Assembly (NCBI GenBank): GCA_964473665.1
Contig: CAYYPV010000036.1
Span: 1 to 40,246 of the forward strand
Reading direction: 5' to 3'
DNA length: 40,246 nucleotides
Origin: an uncultured Candidatus Bathyarchaeia archaeon
Lineage (GTDB): Archaea > Thermoproteota > Bathyarchaeia > RBG-16-48-13 > CAYPFQ01
The translations under genes were made by a program, and so were the position numbers. Shown here piece by piece: positions 32,692-40,246 of this stretch (its first letter is position 1; every line of letters begins with the position of its first letter). A model generated the notes under the pieces. The model did no database searches. It saw nothing but the letters and a program-made list of their open reading frames with translations, and was not told the origin of the DNA.

Positions 32692-33522
32692 TTGGCAGTA
32701 AAGAAAAATGATTTTGTACTAATGGATTTCGTTGCTAAGGTTAAAGAGTCCAATGAAGTGTTTGATACAAGTAGTCAGGATATTGCAAGAAAAGAACACA
32801 TTTTCCGTGACGGAGTTGTCTACGAACCAATGCTTGTGGCAGTTGGTGAAGGCTGGGTTTTGAGAGGACTGGATGAAGGTTTAGTTGGACTTGATGTCGA
32901 TAAATCATCAACAGTTGAAATACCTCCCGAAAAAGGGTTCGGCCCTAGAGATCCTAGCAAAATCAAGTTGATGCCCCTTCGAAAGTTTAAAGCTGAAAAA
33001 CTAAATCCATACCCAGGCATGCAACTGGAAATCGACGGAAAAATAGCCGTTATAAGAACTGTTGGAGCTGGCAGAGTTCAAGCAGATTTCAATCCACCAC
33101 TTGCTGGGAAAACACTGGTATATGATTTATCCATTAAAAAAATCATCGAAACTAAAGAAGAAAAAATCCAAGCGTTAATTCACCGAAGATTTCCAGCTAT
33201 AGATATCAAAAAATTCACTGTAAAACCGACCGAAAAAGAAGTTACCATAGAGCTGCCTGAAGAAGCCTTCCTCTTAGAAGCTTTACAGTACGCAAAACGC
33301 GGAGTAGTTATTGACGTTCAAAAATTCTTTTCGGAAATAGAAAACGTAACGTTTCTAGAAACATATAAGAAAAAGGCTCCTCCCGCTCCTAAGGCAGAAC
33401 CAACTCCTACTCCTGAATTAGCGCCAACTCCACCTCCGGAATTATTACCGGCTCCCGCTCCTGAGGCATTACCCGCTCCACCTACGACTGAAGAGGAGAA
33501 GCCACAGCAGACAGCTCCTTAA
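32692..33522 (+). CDS. Long-type FKBP peptidyl-prolyl isomerase with a Pro/Ala-rich repetitive C-terminal tail
   Basis: FVLMDFVAKVKESNEVFDTS...PMLVAVGEGWVLRGLDEGLVGL...GAGRVQADFNPPLAGKTLVYDL is an FKBP core with an IF insert. The tail runs from 33376 to 33519. TTG start. Confidence 0.85.
   Translation: MAVKKNDFVLMDFVAKVKESNEVFDTSSQDIARKEHIFRDGVVYEPMLVAVGEGWVLRGLDEGLVGLDVDKSSTVEIPPEKGFGPRDPSKIKLMPLRKFKAEKLNPYPGMQLEIDGKIAVIRTVGAGRVQADFNPPLAGKTLVYDLSIKKIIETKEEKIQALIHRRFPAIDIKKFTVKPTEKEVTIELPEEAFLLEALQYAKRGVVIDVQKFFSEIENVTFLETYKKKAPPAPKAEPTPTPELAPTPPPELLPAPAPEALPAPPTTEEEKPQQTAP
33400..33495 (+). repeat. Four tandem 24-nt (8-aa) repeats encoding PTPTPELA / PTPPPELL / PAPAPEAL / PAPPTTEE
   Basis: Read directly from the sequence, in frame within the FKBP tail. 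Confidence 0.85.
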
Positions 33523-33596
33523 CGGGCTGCCTAACCCGAGTTGGTAACATTAACCGCTTTAACAATCAAATGATTTTTCTAAAATCTATTTGAATA

Positions 33597-34661
33597 TCAG
33601 CCTATGACACCAGTAACTCTAGCAAGTCTTCTAGCGGCATCTTTCGACAATCCCTCACCCAATATAGTGTAGCGTTCTGGCCTAATTTTATGGGCAACTG
33701 TTAAGGCTTCAATTATGTATTTTTCTCCAATTCCAAGCTCTTTAGCCGTTGTTGGAGCCCCCAACATCTTAAGAGCACGTTGGATTAGTTTCCAGTTAGC
33801 TCCATGCAGATTCGCCATCATAATAGTTCCAACTCCACATTGTTCACCATGCAGCGCAGGTTTTGGAGCCAACAATTCTAGAGCGTGGCTAAACATATGC
33901 TCGGAACCACTGCAAGGTCTAGTGCTTCCAGCTATACTTGTCGCCACTCCACAGCTAATCAGAGCCTCCAAAACAATCCGCAATCCTTCTTCAGTATCCT
34001 TGCGAATTAAATCAGCATTTTCGATAATCAACCTGGCGCTCATAAGAGCAAGACTTGCAGCGTAATCACCGTAATACTCATTCTTCAACTTATGCGCAAG
34101 TTTCCAGTCGCGTACAGCAGTATATTTTGCGATAAGATCACCGCAGCCACTGGCGGTCAACCGACGAGGCGATCGCATAATTATTCGAATATCAGCTATG
34201 ATCGCTATGGGCGCTTGGGCTTTCACTGAGACCGGTTTCTCCATTCCTTTAATAGAGGCGTGAGTGCTGGCTATACCATCATGCGACGCCGCGGTCGGTA
34301 TACTTATGAATGGCACCTTCTCATACGCCGAGCTGAGTTTAGCTACATCTATTATTTTTCCACCACCTACCCCTACAACTATCGACGGTTTCGTCTTTCT
34401 AATCGACTGCTGAGACTTCTCCACGAATTTTAATGTGGACTTCTCCACTGTAAGTCGACTTGTACGGAAACCAGATCTGTTTAGTGACTCTATCACTGTT
34501 TTTGCGGCTATAGTGTAGGTTTCCTGTCCAGTTAATACTAGAGCAGAATTAGAGAATCCGAGCCTCTTGCAAATTATGCCTGTATCTTTGAGAATTCTAC
34601 TGCCTACGATAACTTCCCTTGGAAGTTGCATGAGGTGAATTTGCATTGCCACTGACAACAC
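33597..34661 (-). CDS. egsA: sn-Glycerol-1-phosphate dehydrogenase (G1PDH)
   Basis: LPREVIVGSRIL, VGVGGGKIIDVAK, PTAASHDGIAS and GSEHMFSHALE follow the iron-ADH-like G1PDH pattern. The start is probably an internal Met (MQIHLMQLP). Confidence 0.88.
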   Translation of the reverse strand: MLSVAMQIHLMQLPREVIVGSRILKDTGIICKRLGFSNSALVLTGQETYTIAAKTVIESLNRSGFRTSRLTVEKSTLKFVEKSQQSIRKTKPSIVVGVGGGKIIDVAKLSSAYEKVPFISIPTAASHDGIASTHASIKGMEKPVSVKAQAPIAIIADIRIIMRSPRRLTASGCGDLIAKYTAVRDWKLAHKLKNEYYGDYAASLALMSARLIIENADLIRKDTEEGLRIVLEALISCGVATSIAGSTRPCSGSEHMFSHALELLAPKPALHGEQCGVGTIMMANLHGANWKLIQRALKMLGAPTTAKELGIGEKYIIEALTVAHKIRPERYTILGEGLSKDAARRLARVTGVIG

Positions 34662-34741
34662 CGCTATCGGTTAACCTATTTTTCCGTAACCTTTAACGTT
34701 ATTTAGAGATGCTTTTGTGAGTTTCGGAGACGAAGCAAACA

Positions 34742-35332
34742 TCAATCTTTAGTGAAAACAAGCAAGTAATGATATGGCAGATTATCAGCTTTTGAAAGAA
34801 CAAAGCCTCTCTCCTCAAAGAGTTTAATCGCCTTATCCTCTGCAACTCTTATTCTAACTGGAGGACCAAAACTCATTTTTTCCTTCTTAAAGTCCGCAAT
34901 CAATAGATTGCAGCCCCTCTTAATCACCCTTCTCATTTCTTTGATCACTTTATCTTTGTCACCGAACTCGTGAAGAGTATTAATCGACATCAGGAAGTCG
35001 ACGCCTTCATTTTCGAGAGGGATCTCATCAGGCTTAGATAACACAAGTTCAACATTCTTGATTTTAAGCCTCCTAATTTTATCTTCAAGAAAACTCAGCA
35101 TCTCTTTTTGGATGTCAATCGCGTAAACCTTCTTAGCCATTCTGGAAAGAGCCAACGTGAAATATCCGCTGCCACATCCTAAATCGGCTACAATAAAGTT
35201 GGGCAGCACCTTCACATCGTTTAAGATTTCTTCTGGATTTCGCCAAATTCTTCTGTCTTCAGCCTCTAGAAAAGCGATATGTTTAGGGTTAAAGAGATGA
35301 GAACTCTTCATCTGAAAAAGCCACCTGCACAC
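34742..35332 (-). CDS. Class I SAM-dependent methyltransferase
   Basis: Motif I is VADLGCGSGYFTLAL. The post-I motif is VYAIDI. Length is 196 aa. The substrate cannot be assigned. Confidence 0.75.
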   Translation of the reverse strand: MCRWLFQMKSSHLFNPKHIAFLEAEDRRIWRNPEEILNDVKVLPNFIVADLGCGSGYFTLALSRMAKKVYAIDIQKEMLSFLEDKIRRLKIKNVELVLSKPDEIPLENEGVDFLMSINTLHEFGDKDKVIKEMRRVIKRGCNLLIADFKKEKMSFGPPVRIRVAEDKAIKLFEERGFVLSKADNLPYHYLLVFTKD

Positions 35333-35504
35333 CCAAGCTTGTTTATCTCATTAATAGTTTTTGACCTACCTGCACTACGAATAAAAGATTTATACAACAA
35401 CTTTTTAAGCATGATAAATTGAAGGTTTAATGACCTAGTCTTTCTTGGCTGGTTCATAACGTTAAGCGCGTTTCTAATAATTTCAGGAGGAAAATGTTCA
35501 AGAT

Positions 35505-36158
35505 ATGTTGGACGTTAAACGTGACCCCAAAAAGTTAGGAATGATTCTGAAAGGAACAACCACAATCGCCATAGTTTGTAGAGACGGAATAGTTTTAGCA
35601 ACTGACACCCGCGCCACTGCAGGCTTCTTCGTTGCACATAAATACGCAAAAAAAGTCTTTCCGTTAGACAATCACCTAGCAATGACTATAGCTGGAACAG
35701 TTGCAGATGCACAGAACGTCGTCGACATCTTAACGGCTAATGCACGCTTATACAAACTTGATAAAAGTAGACCTATGCCTGTCAGCTCAGTCGCTAGGCT
35801 AGCAGCCAACGTTCTATTTGGGTCACGAGCATATCCGCTTGAATTGCAGGCGATAATCTCTGGAGTGGATGATACTGGAGCCCACGTATTCGCTCTAGAC
35901 CCGCTTGGCAGTGTAACTGAGGAAAAATGTTTTTCTTCAGGTTCAGGTTCGCCGATAGCATTCGGTGTTTTAGAAGATGGTTACAAAGAGGGAATGACAA
36001 TTGATGCCGGAATACGCCTTGTCCTCCGCGCAGTAGACGCTGCTATGAAGAGGGATGTTGGAACCGGTGACAGCTTTGATGTAGCTGTCGTAACAAAGGA
36101 AGGTTATCGGGAATTAAGCTCTGAAGATAAAAAGAAATTTTTTGAAACAAGAGCTTAG
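35505..36158 (+). CDS. psmB: Proteasome subunit beta (paralogue 2)
   Basis: LKGTTTIAIVCRDGIVLATDTRATAG places the catalytic Thr after the propeptide. The SSGSGSPIAFGVLE block is present. GGAGG lies upstream. Confidence 0.9.
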   Translation: MLDVKRDPKKLGMILKGTTTIAIVCRDGIVLATDTRATAGFFVAHKYAKKVFPLDNHLAMTIAGTVADAQNVVDILTANARLYKLDKSRPMPVSSVARLAANVLFGSRAYPLELQAIISGVDDTGAHVFALDPLGSVTEEKCFSSGSGSPIAFGVLEDGYKEGMTIDAGIRLVLRAVDAAMKRDVGTGDSFDVAVVTKEGYRELSSEDKKKFFETRA

Positions 36159-36190
36159 TTTTCGCACTCATATTTAGGCTGTGATTCTTT

Positions 36191-38110
36191 TTGGTGTCTT
36201 CGCATAACGATGTACAAGTGAAGATTAGAGATACTATTCTAGCCCACGTTCCAAAGGAAGCGGAGATTACTAGAATAGAATTTGAGGGTCCAAAACTAGC
36301 AATATACACAAAGAAACCTGAAATTCTGATTGAACAGAGCTACATAGTCACGGACATAGTTAACCTGATAAGAAAAAGGATAGTAATACGCTCCGACCCC
36401 TCAGTTCGTTTACCTGAAGCTGAAACCATAAAGCTCATTCAAACATTGATTCAACCTGAGGCTGAAATAACAAACATTCTTTTTGACCCAATTGTCGGCG
36501 AAGTAGTTATTGAGGCAAAGAAACCCGGATTAGTTATAGGGAAAAACGGAGTTTTTCTGCAGGAAATAATTAAAAATACACGGTGGAGAGCCCGTGTTCT
36601 AAGAACTCCCCCCATTCCATCAAAAATAATTGCCAATGTCAGACATTTTCTTTACTCCGAAACAAAAGAGAGAGAAAGGATTCTCCGCGACGTTGGAGAG
36701 AGAATATTCAGGCCCATGACGTTTAATGATGGAGATATCAGAATAACCGCAATAGGTGGATTCCAGCAGGTAGGCAGATCAGCTCTTCTCATACAATCGC
36801 GAGAAGGTTCAGTTCTTTTAGACTGCGGTATAAATCCAGGTGCAACAAAACCGATTGACGCGTATCCCAGACTGGACATCACTGAATTCGATTTAGATCA
36901 GCTTGAGGCTGTTGTAATCTCTCACTCGCATCTTGATCACTGCGGTTTTCTGCCATTTCTATATAAATATGGATATGATGGACCTGTTTACTGCTCTGAA
37001 CCAACGTTAAGCCTTATGACGCTGCTTCAACTCGACTATTTAGACGTAGCAAAAAAAGAAGGGATCATAGCTCCATATGACCAAAAAGACATTCGCGAAC
37101 AAGTCATACACGCAATTCCATTAAACTTCGGAGTCGTCACCGACGTTTCTCCAGATATTCGAATAACCCTGCACAATTCAGGGCACATTCTCGGATCAGC
37201 CATCACCCACCTACACATCGGCGAAGGATTACACAATATAATATACACGAGCGACTATAAATTTGGAAGAACAATGCTTCTAGAGCCGGCTACAACCAAT
37301 TTTCCGCGGGTTGAGACATTAATCACTGAAGGGACGTATGGGGGTCCAGAAGATTTTATGCCATCACGATTTGATGTTGAAGAACGGCTTGTACGCATAA
37401 TAAATGAGACCGTTGTTAATGGTGGAAAGGCTTTAATTCCAGTCCTAGCAGTCGGAAGAGCGCAAGAAATTATGTTAATACTCGACAGTGCAATTCGCAG
37501 TGGTGTACTTAAAGAGATACCGATCTACATAGAAGGAATGATCTCAGAAGTAACTGCAATTCATACTGCTTACCCTGAATACCTATCCAGAGAACTTCGT
37601 GACAAAATTCTACATCAAGACATTAATCCATTTCAATCAGAATACTTCGTCATAGTTAAAAGCCCGGACGAGAGACCCGCCATAATTAGTGGCGGCCCAT
37701 GCGTAATTTTGGCCACTTCAGGCATGCTTGAGGGAGGACCGGTGCTTGACTACTTCAGGAATATGGCATCCGATGAGAAAAACGCGCTTATCTTCGTAAG
37801 CTACCAAATCGACGGTACGCTTGGTCGCAGAGTGCAGCATGGTCTGGGAGAGTTGCCGTTGATGAATTCTGAAGGAAAAATGGAGTTAATTAAAGTTAAG
37901 ATGAGAGTTGAGTCAATTGAGGGACTTTCAGGGCACTCTGACAGAAATCAAATTTTAGGCTACGTGCGCAGGGTTCTACCCAAACCTGAACGTATTATTG
38001 TATGTCATGGTGAACGGCTGAAATGCTTAGGGATGACTGGTGTTTTTAATAGAATGTTCAGAATCGATAGCATTGCACCCGAAAACTTGGAAACAATTAG
38101 GCTACGGTAA
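36191..38110 (+). CDS. aCPSF1: KH-domain beta-CASP metallo-beta-lactamase ribonuclease
   Basis: The N-terminal KH region is ITRIEFEGPKLAIYTKKPE and GLVIGKNG. The MBL motif is VISHSHLDHCG. Beta-CASP and C-terminal motifs include SGHSD and VCHGE. The 639-aa length is typical. TTG start. Confidence 0.92.
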   Translation: MVSSHNDVQVKIRDTILAHVPKEAEITRIEFEGPKLAIYTKKPEILIEQSYIVTDIVNLIRKRIVIRSDPSVRLPEAETIKLIQTLIQPEAEITNILFDPIVGEVVIEAKKPGLVIGKNGVFLQEIIKNTRWRARVLRTPPIPSKIIANVRHFLYSETKERERILRDVGERIFRPMTFNDGDIRITAIGGFQQVGRSALLIQSREGSVLLDCGINPGATKPIDAYPRLDITEFDLDQLEAVVISHSHLDHCGFLPFLYKYGYDGPVYCSEPTLSLMTLLQLDYLDVAKKEGIIAPYDQKDIREQVIHAIPLNFGVVTDVSPDIRITLHNSGHILGSAITHLHIGEGLHNIIYTSDYKFGRTMLLEPATTNFPRVETLITEGTYGGPEDFMPSRFDVEERLVRIINETVVNGGKALIPVLAVGRAQEIMLILDSAIRSGVLKEIPIYIEGMISEVTAIHTAYPEYLSRELRDKILHQDINPFQSEYFVIVKSPDERPAIISGGPCVILATSGMLEGGPVLDYFRNMASDEKNALIFVSYQIDGTLGRRVQHGLGELPLMNSEGKMELIKVKMRVESIEGLSGHSDRNQILGYVRRVLPKPERIIVCHGERLKCLGMTGVFNRMFRIDSIAPENLETIRLR

Positions 38111-38295
38111 CCTCGGCTGTCGGAAACTTTGGATTACCATTATAGTACGGCATTAAGGGCAAAGTCATCCTTTATATTATTTAAGTCAAACTAAAAACAT
38201 CGTCTAACTTAATTTCTTTAGAAGAGTTTAGACTATATTTTACACTTTGGTAATTGATGCGCAGGTTTTTGGGTTAAGCTGCTGCTGTTTTTAGT

Positions 38296-38829
38296 TTAAG
38301 CTTTTCCAATTACTCTGTTTAGTTTAGTTCCGCATTTGGGGCACTTAGCTTGAGCCATATTTCTCGCGCCGTGCTTCGTCTCGTATACCACTATGTCATA
38401 CTTATCTACGTTAACTTTTCCTCTGCACTTCACACAATAAAATTCCATTCCGCTCACCGGGATAGAAGGTTTAACAACATTTTCTATAGAAGGTTTAACG
38501 GTATCTTCTACAGAAGGTTTAACTGCATTTTCCTCTCGTCTCCAAATCTTTACGGAGGATGGAGTGATAACAATCCTTTCTTCACCTAACCTAGCGATGT
38601 CTCCGCCAACAACTGCGACGTATGTGCAAAGCTCATTAATTGCATTCTTCACATCTTCAACACTTTTCTCCGCCAGCGGAGTTATTCGCAATATTACAAT
38701 GTTACCGGATTTAACCTCGTCCTTGATGAGCGCTAGTTCAGTTAATTCACGTAGCGGCAGTGCCTTAACATAGATGCACCGCTGTATAATTTCAGACTTT
38801 TCCATGCTCTCCGCGCTTCGTTCCGACAA
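38296..38829 (-). CDS. SepF-like (DUF552) domain fused by a repeat linker to a C-terminal CxxC...CxxC zinc ribbon
   Basis: Residues of about 15-95, IYVKALPLRELTELALIKDEVKSGNIVILRITPLAEKS...VAVVGGDIARLGEERIVITPSSVKI, align by eye with the SepF core (compare B. subtilis [21 protein letters not shown]). The linker is VKPSVEDT-VKPSIENV-VKPSIPVS. The tail is FYCVKCRGKVNV...AQAKCPKCGTKLNRV. Confidence 0.75.
   Translation of the reverse strand: MSERSAESMEKSEIIQRCIYVKALPLRELTELALIKDEVKSGNIVILRITPLAEKSVEDVKNAINELCTYVAVVGGDIARLGEERIVITPSSVKIWRREENAVKPSVEDTVKPSIENVVKPSIPVSGMEFYCVKCRGKVNVDKYDIVVYETKHGARNMAQAKCPKCGTKLNRVIGKA
38462..38533. repeat. Three tandem 24-bp repeats (atAGAAGGTTTAACnnnatyttct) inside the SepF-like gene
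   Basis: The units are 38462-38485, 38486-38509 and 38510-38533. The 12-nt core AGAAGGTTTAAC is identical in all three. They encode the 8-aa VKPS(V/I) linker repeats on the minus strand. Confidence 0.9.
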
Positions 38830-38900
38830 TGATATTTATCTCCTTATTGAAACTATGTTGATGCGTTGATGAACTTAACATTTTCTTTTTTCAGCAGCCT

Positions 38901-39404
38901 TTAACGTATTTCTTTCATCAAATTCCACAAAAAATCGCCCACGTAATGCACATTTTCAACCACTTTTCCTTGTTTAACTCTCCTCATATCAAAAGAGTCA
39001 AATTCAGCGAAGCCAATGGCCAATGCCTTATGATACTTCTCATCCACAACGACAATAATTGAGTCCTTGCTGAAATCACCGTTCAAATCCACTACTCCAG
39101 GAGCCATTACATCGGCGCCATTACAAACATGTGGAACCGCTCCCATATTGACCACAACTGAAGGAAGAGTCGCTAAAGCTTGATCAAACAACAATGTTGG
39201 AATAATTTTTCCAGTCAACTTCGCAAGCAAAGGTTTTCCATCAACCAGAAAAATCTCAGCTCTTTCAACACGAATAAGTTCGACCTGAATTTTTGAACCC
39301 AAAATATCAGAAAGAGTTCTATGCAATACTAAACGAACATCTTCATCTAGACGTTTCATTTCACTACTTTTCAAACGGTGTCTATCTAAAACCTTCAATG
39401 TCAC
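38901..39404 (-). CDS. PUA-domain RNA-binding protein (pre-PUA + PUA, MCT-1/Tma20-like)
   Basis: VVVNMGAVPHVCNGADVMAPGV...VVVVDEKYHKALAIGFAE...GKVVENVHYVGDFLW is the typical PUA core. Confidence 0.75.
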   Translation of the reverse strand: MTLKVLDRHRLKSSEMKRLDEDVRLVLHRTLSDILGSKIQVELIRVERAEIFLVDGKPLLAKLTGKIIPTLLFDQALATLPSVVVNMGAVPHVCNGADVMAPGVVDLNGDFSKDSIIVVVDEKYHKALAIGFAEFDSFDMRRVKQGKVVENVHYVGDFLWNLMKEIR

Positions 39405-39500
39405 TTCACCACCATCAATTCCAGATAGATATCTTTAAATTAACAGATAATAGTTCATGAGGCAAGAGACCCGATTTAACATTAGCGAGATGCCTAAAGT

Positions 39501-39731
39501 ATGACTGGCGATATGGCAGTAAAAATTCTCGAAGAGAGCCTGGGAAAACCAGTCCTAGTTAGGCTAAAGGGCGGGAAAAGCCTAAGAGGCTCACTGGTCT
39601 CATTCGACCAACATCTAAACCTCGTGCTTGAGGCCGCAGAGGAAGTTACTGACAGCGAAAAACCGCAAAAACTCGGAACAATAATAGTGCGGGGCGACAA
39701 TGTAACTATAGTTTCGCCAACCCCAAGGTGA
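39501..39731 (+). CDS. Sm-like archaeal protein (LSm/SmAP)
   Basis: The Sm1 motif is [31 protein letters not shown]. The Sm2 motif is [11 protein letters not shown]. It lies immediately upstream of rpl37e, a conserved archaeal pairing. Confidence 0.9.
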   Translation: MTGDMAVKILEESLGKPVLVRLKGGKSLRGSLVSFDQHLNLVLEAAEEVTDSEKPQKLGTIIVRGDNVTIVSPTPR

Positions 39732-39738
39732 TTTTACA

Positions 39739-39933
39739 ATGGGAAGAAGCAAAGGCACACCCTCAATGGGCAAACGCCAAAGTAAAACGCATATAATCTG
39801 CAGAAGATGCGGTCGCAGAACATACAATATCCACAAAAAACGTTGCTCATCATGCGGATACGGGTACTCAACAAAACTTCGCAGATATAACTGGCAAACC
39901 CGAAACTTCACAAGACAAAGACGAGTAGTCTAA
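39739..39933 (+). CDS. rpl37e: 50S ribosomal protein L37e (eL37)
   Basis: [41 protein letters not shown] carries the C4 zinc-ribbon signature of eL37. Confidence 0.93.
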   Translation: MGRSKGTPSMGKRQSKTHIICRRCGRRTYNIHKKRCSSCGYGYSTKLRRYNWQTRNFTRQRRVV

Positions 39934-39949
39934 TTTTTAATTCAAAATA

Positions 39950-40026
39950 TGGTGGGCCGGGAGGGATTTGAACCCACGACCATCACCACGTCAAGATGAT
40001 GTCCTACCAGGCTAGACGACCGGCCC
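39950..40026 (-). tRNA. tRNA-Val(GAC), CCA encoded
   Basis: The reverse complement is GGGCCGG-TC-GTCT-AGCCTGGTA-GGAC-A-TCATC-TTGACGT-GGTGA-TGGTC-GTGGG-TTCAAAT-CCCTC-CCGGCCC-A-CCA. It forms a full cloverleaf with one U50-U64 mismatch in the T stem. Confidence 0.85.
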
Positions 40027-40042
40027 GCAATTCGTATACAAG

Positions 40043-40116
40043 TGGACCGGGCGGGATTCGAACCCGCGACCTCTCCCATGCCAAGGGAGTATCCTACCAG
40101 GCTAGACGACCGGCCC
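40043..40116 (-). tRNA. tRNA-Ala(GGC)
   Basis: The reverse complement is GGGCCGG-TC-GTCT-AGCCTGGTA-GGAT-A-CTCCC-TTGGCAT-GGGAG-AGGTC-GCGGG-TTCGAAT-CCCGC-CCGGTCC-A. The G3-U70 alanine identity pair is present. No CCA is encoded. Confidence 0.88.
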
Positions 40117-40246
40117 AATTTGGCATTGGTTTATAGCGGAAACGCCTCTAATATTGCTTTCTTAAACAATTATATGAAAACTTAAAGAAAATGTAATAAT
40201 ATTTCTTTTAACAGTTTAGGAGGGAATTTAGTTAGCTTTCGAAGCA

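Noticed and set aside
1-40246. A scan of the whole window for CRISPR arrays, IS elements or transposases, integrases, toxin-antitoxin pairs and known defence genes.
   Set aside because: I saw no regularly spaced direct repeats and no transposase-, integrase- or defence-like ORFs. The only repeats are the ones listed: the 19-bp inverted repeat, the 261-bp tandem duplication and the two in-frame 24-nt repeat tracts.

Overview
This is a densely packed 40.2-kb chromosomal segment of an archaeon, with about 47 CDS and 3 tRNAs and roughly 40% GC by eye. Archaeal hallmarks are sn-glycerol-1-phosphate dehydrogenase, FEN1, aCPSF1, an LSm-L37e pair, two proteasome beta subunits, Taw1/Trm5b, SepRS and a tRNA with two bulge-helix-bulge (BHB) mini-introns. 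The multi-intron tRNA and the gene set suggest an uncultured TACK/Thermoproteota-type lineage such as Bathyarchaeia, but that is inference only. Gene order left to right:
- Truncated APC permease, then a 690-bp AT-rich divergent region.
- Two tandem RAM-only (Lrp/AsnC ligand-domain) genes, then kdpABC.
- fen, DUF371, trm5b, an MBL hydrolase, tRNA-Lys and ribL.
- A phosphate locus: AbrB-PhoU regulator, pstSCAB, phoU, DUF47 and arsC.
- A minus-strand translin-sepS-nfi-ribK string.
- taw1, psmB, DUF504, a free-standing LAGLIDADG/HTH protein, nog1, rtcA and ogt.
- NMNAT, a SAM hydrolase, two metallophosphoesterases flanking hypC, a nitroreductase, FKBP, egsA and a methyltransferase.
- psmB-aCPSF1, a SepF/zinc-ribbon fusion, a PUA protein, LSm, L37e, tRNA-Val and tRNA-Ala.

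Shine-Dalgarno-like GGAGG motifs are common, and about 30% of the called starts are TTG or GTG. I found no CRISPR array, IS element, prophage or recognisable defence island, and no unambiguous novel multi-gene system. The most unusual items are:
- The SepF core fused to a zinc ribbon through a tandem-repeat linker.
- The LAGLIDADG protein capped by HTH-like segments at both ends, next to a 350-bp structured gap.
- The mosaic tandem RAM duplication upstream of a regulator-less kdpABC.
- A 19-bp perfect inverted repeat bracketing 383 bp.
- The tRNA-Lys with two identically built 15-nt introns.

All family assignments come from motif recognition by eye and memory, not from database searches.
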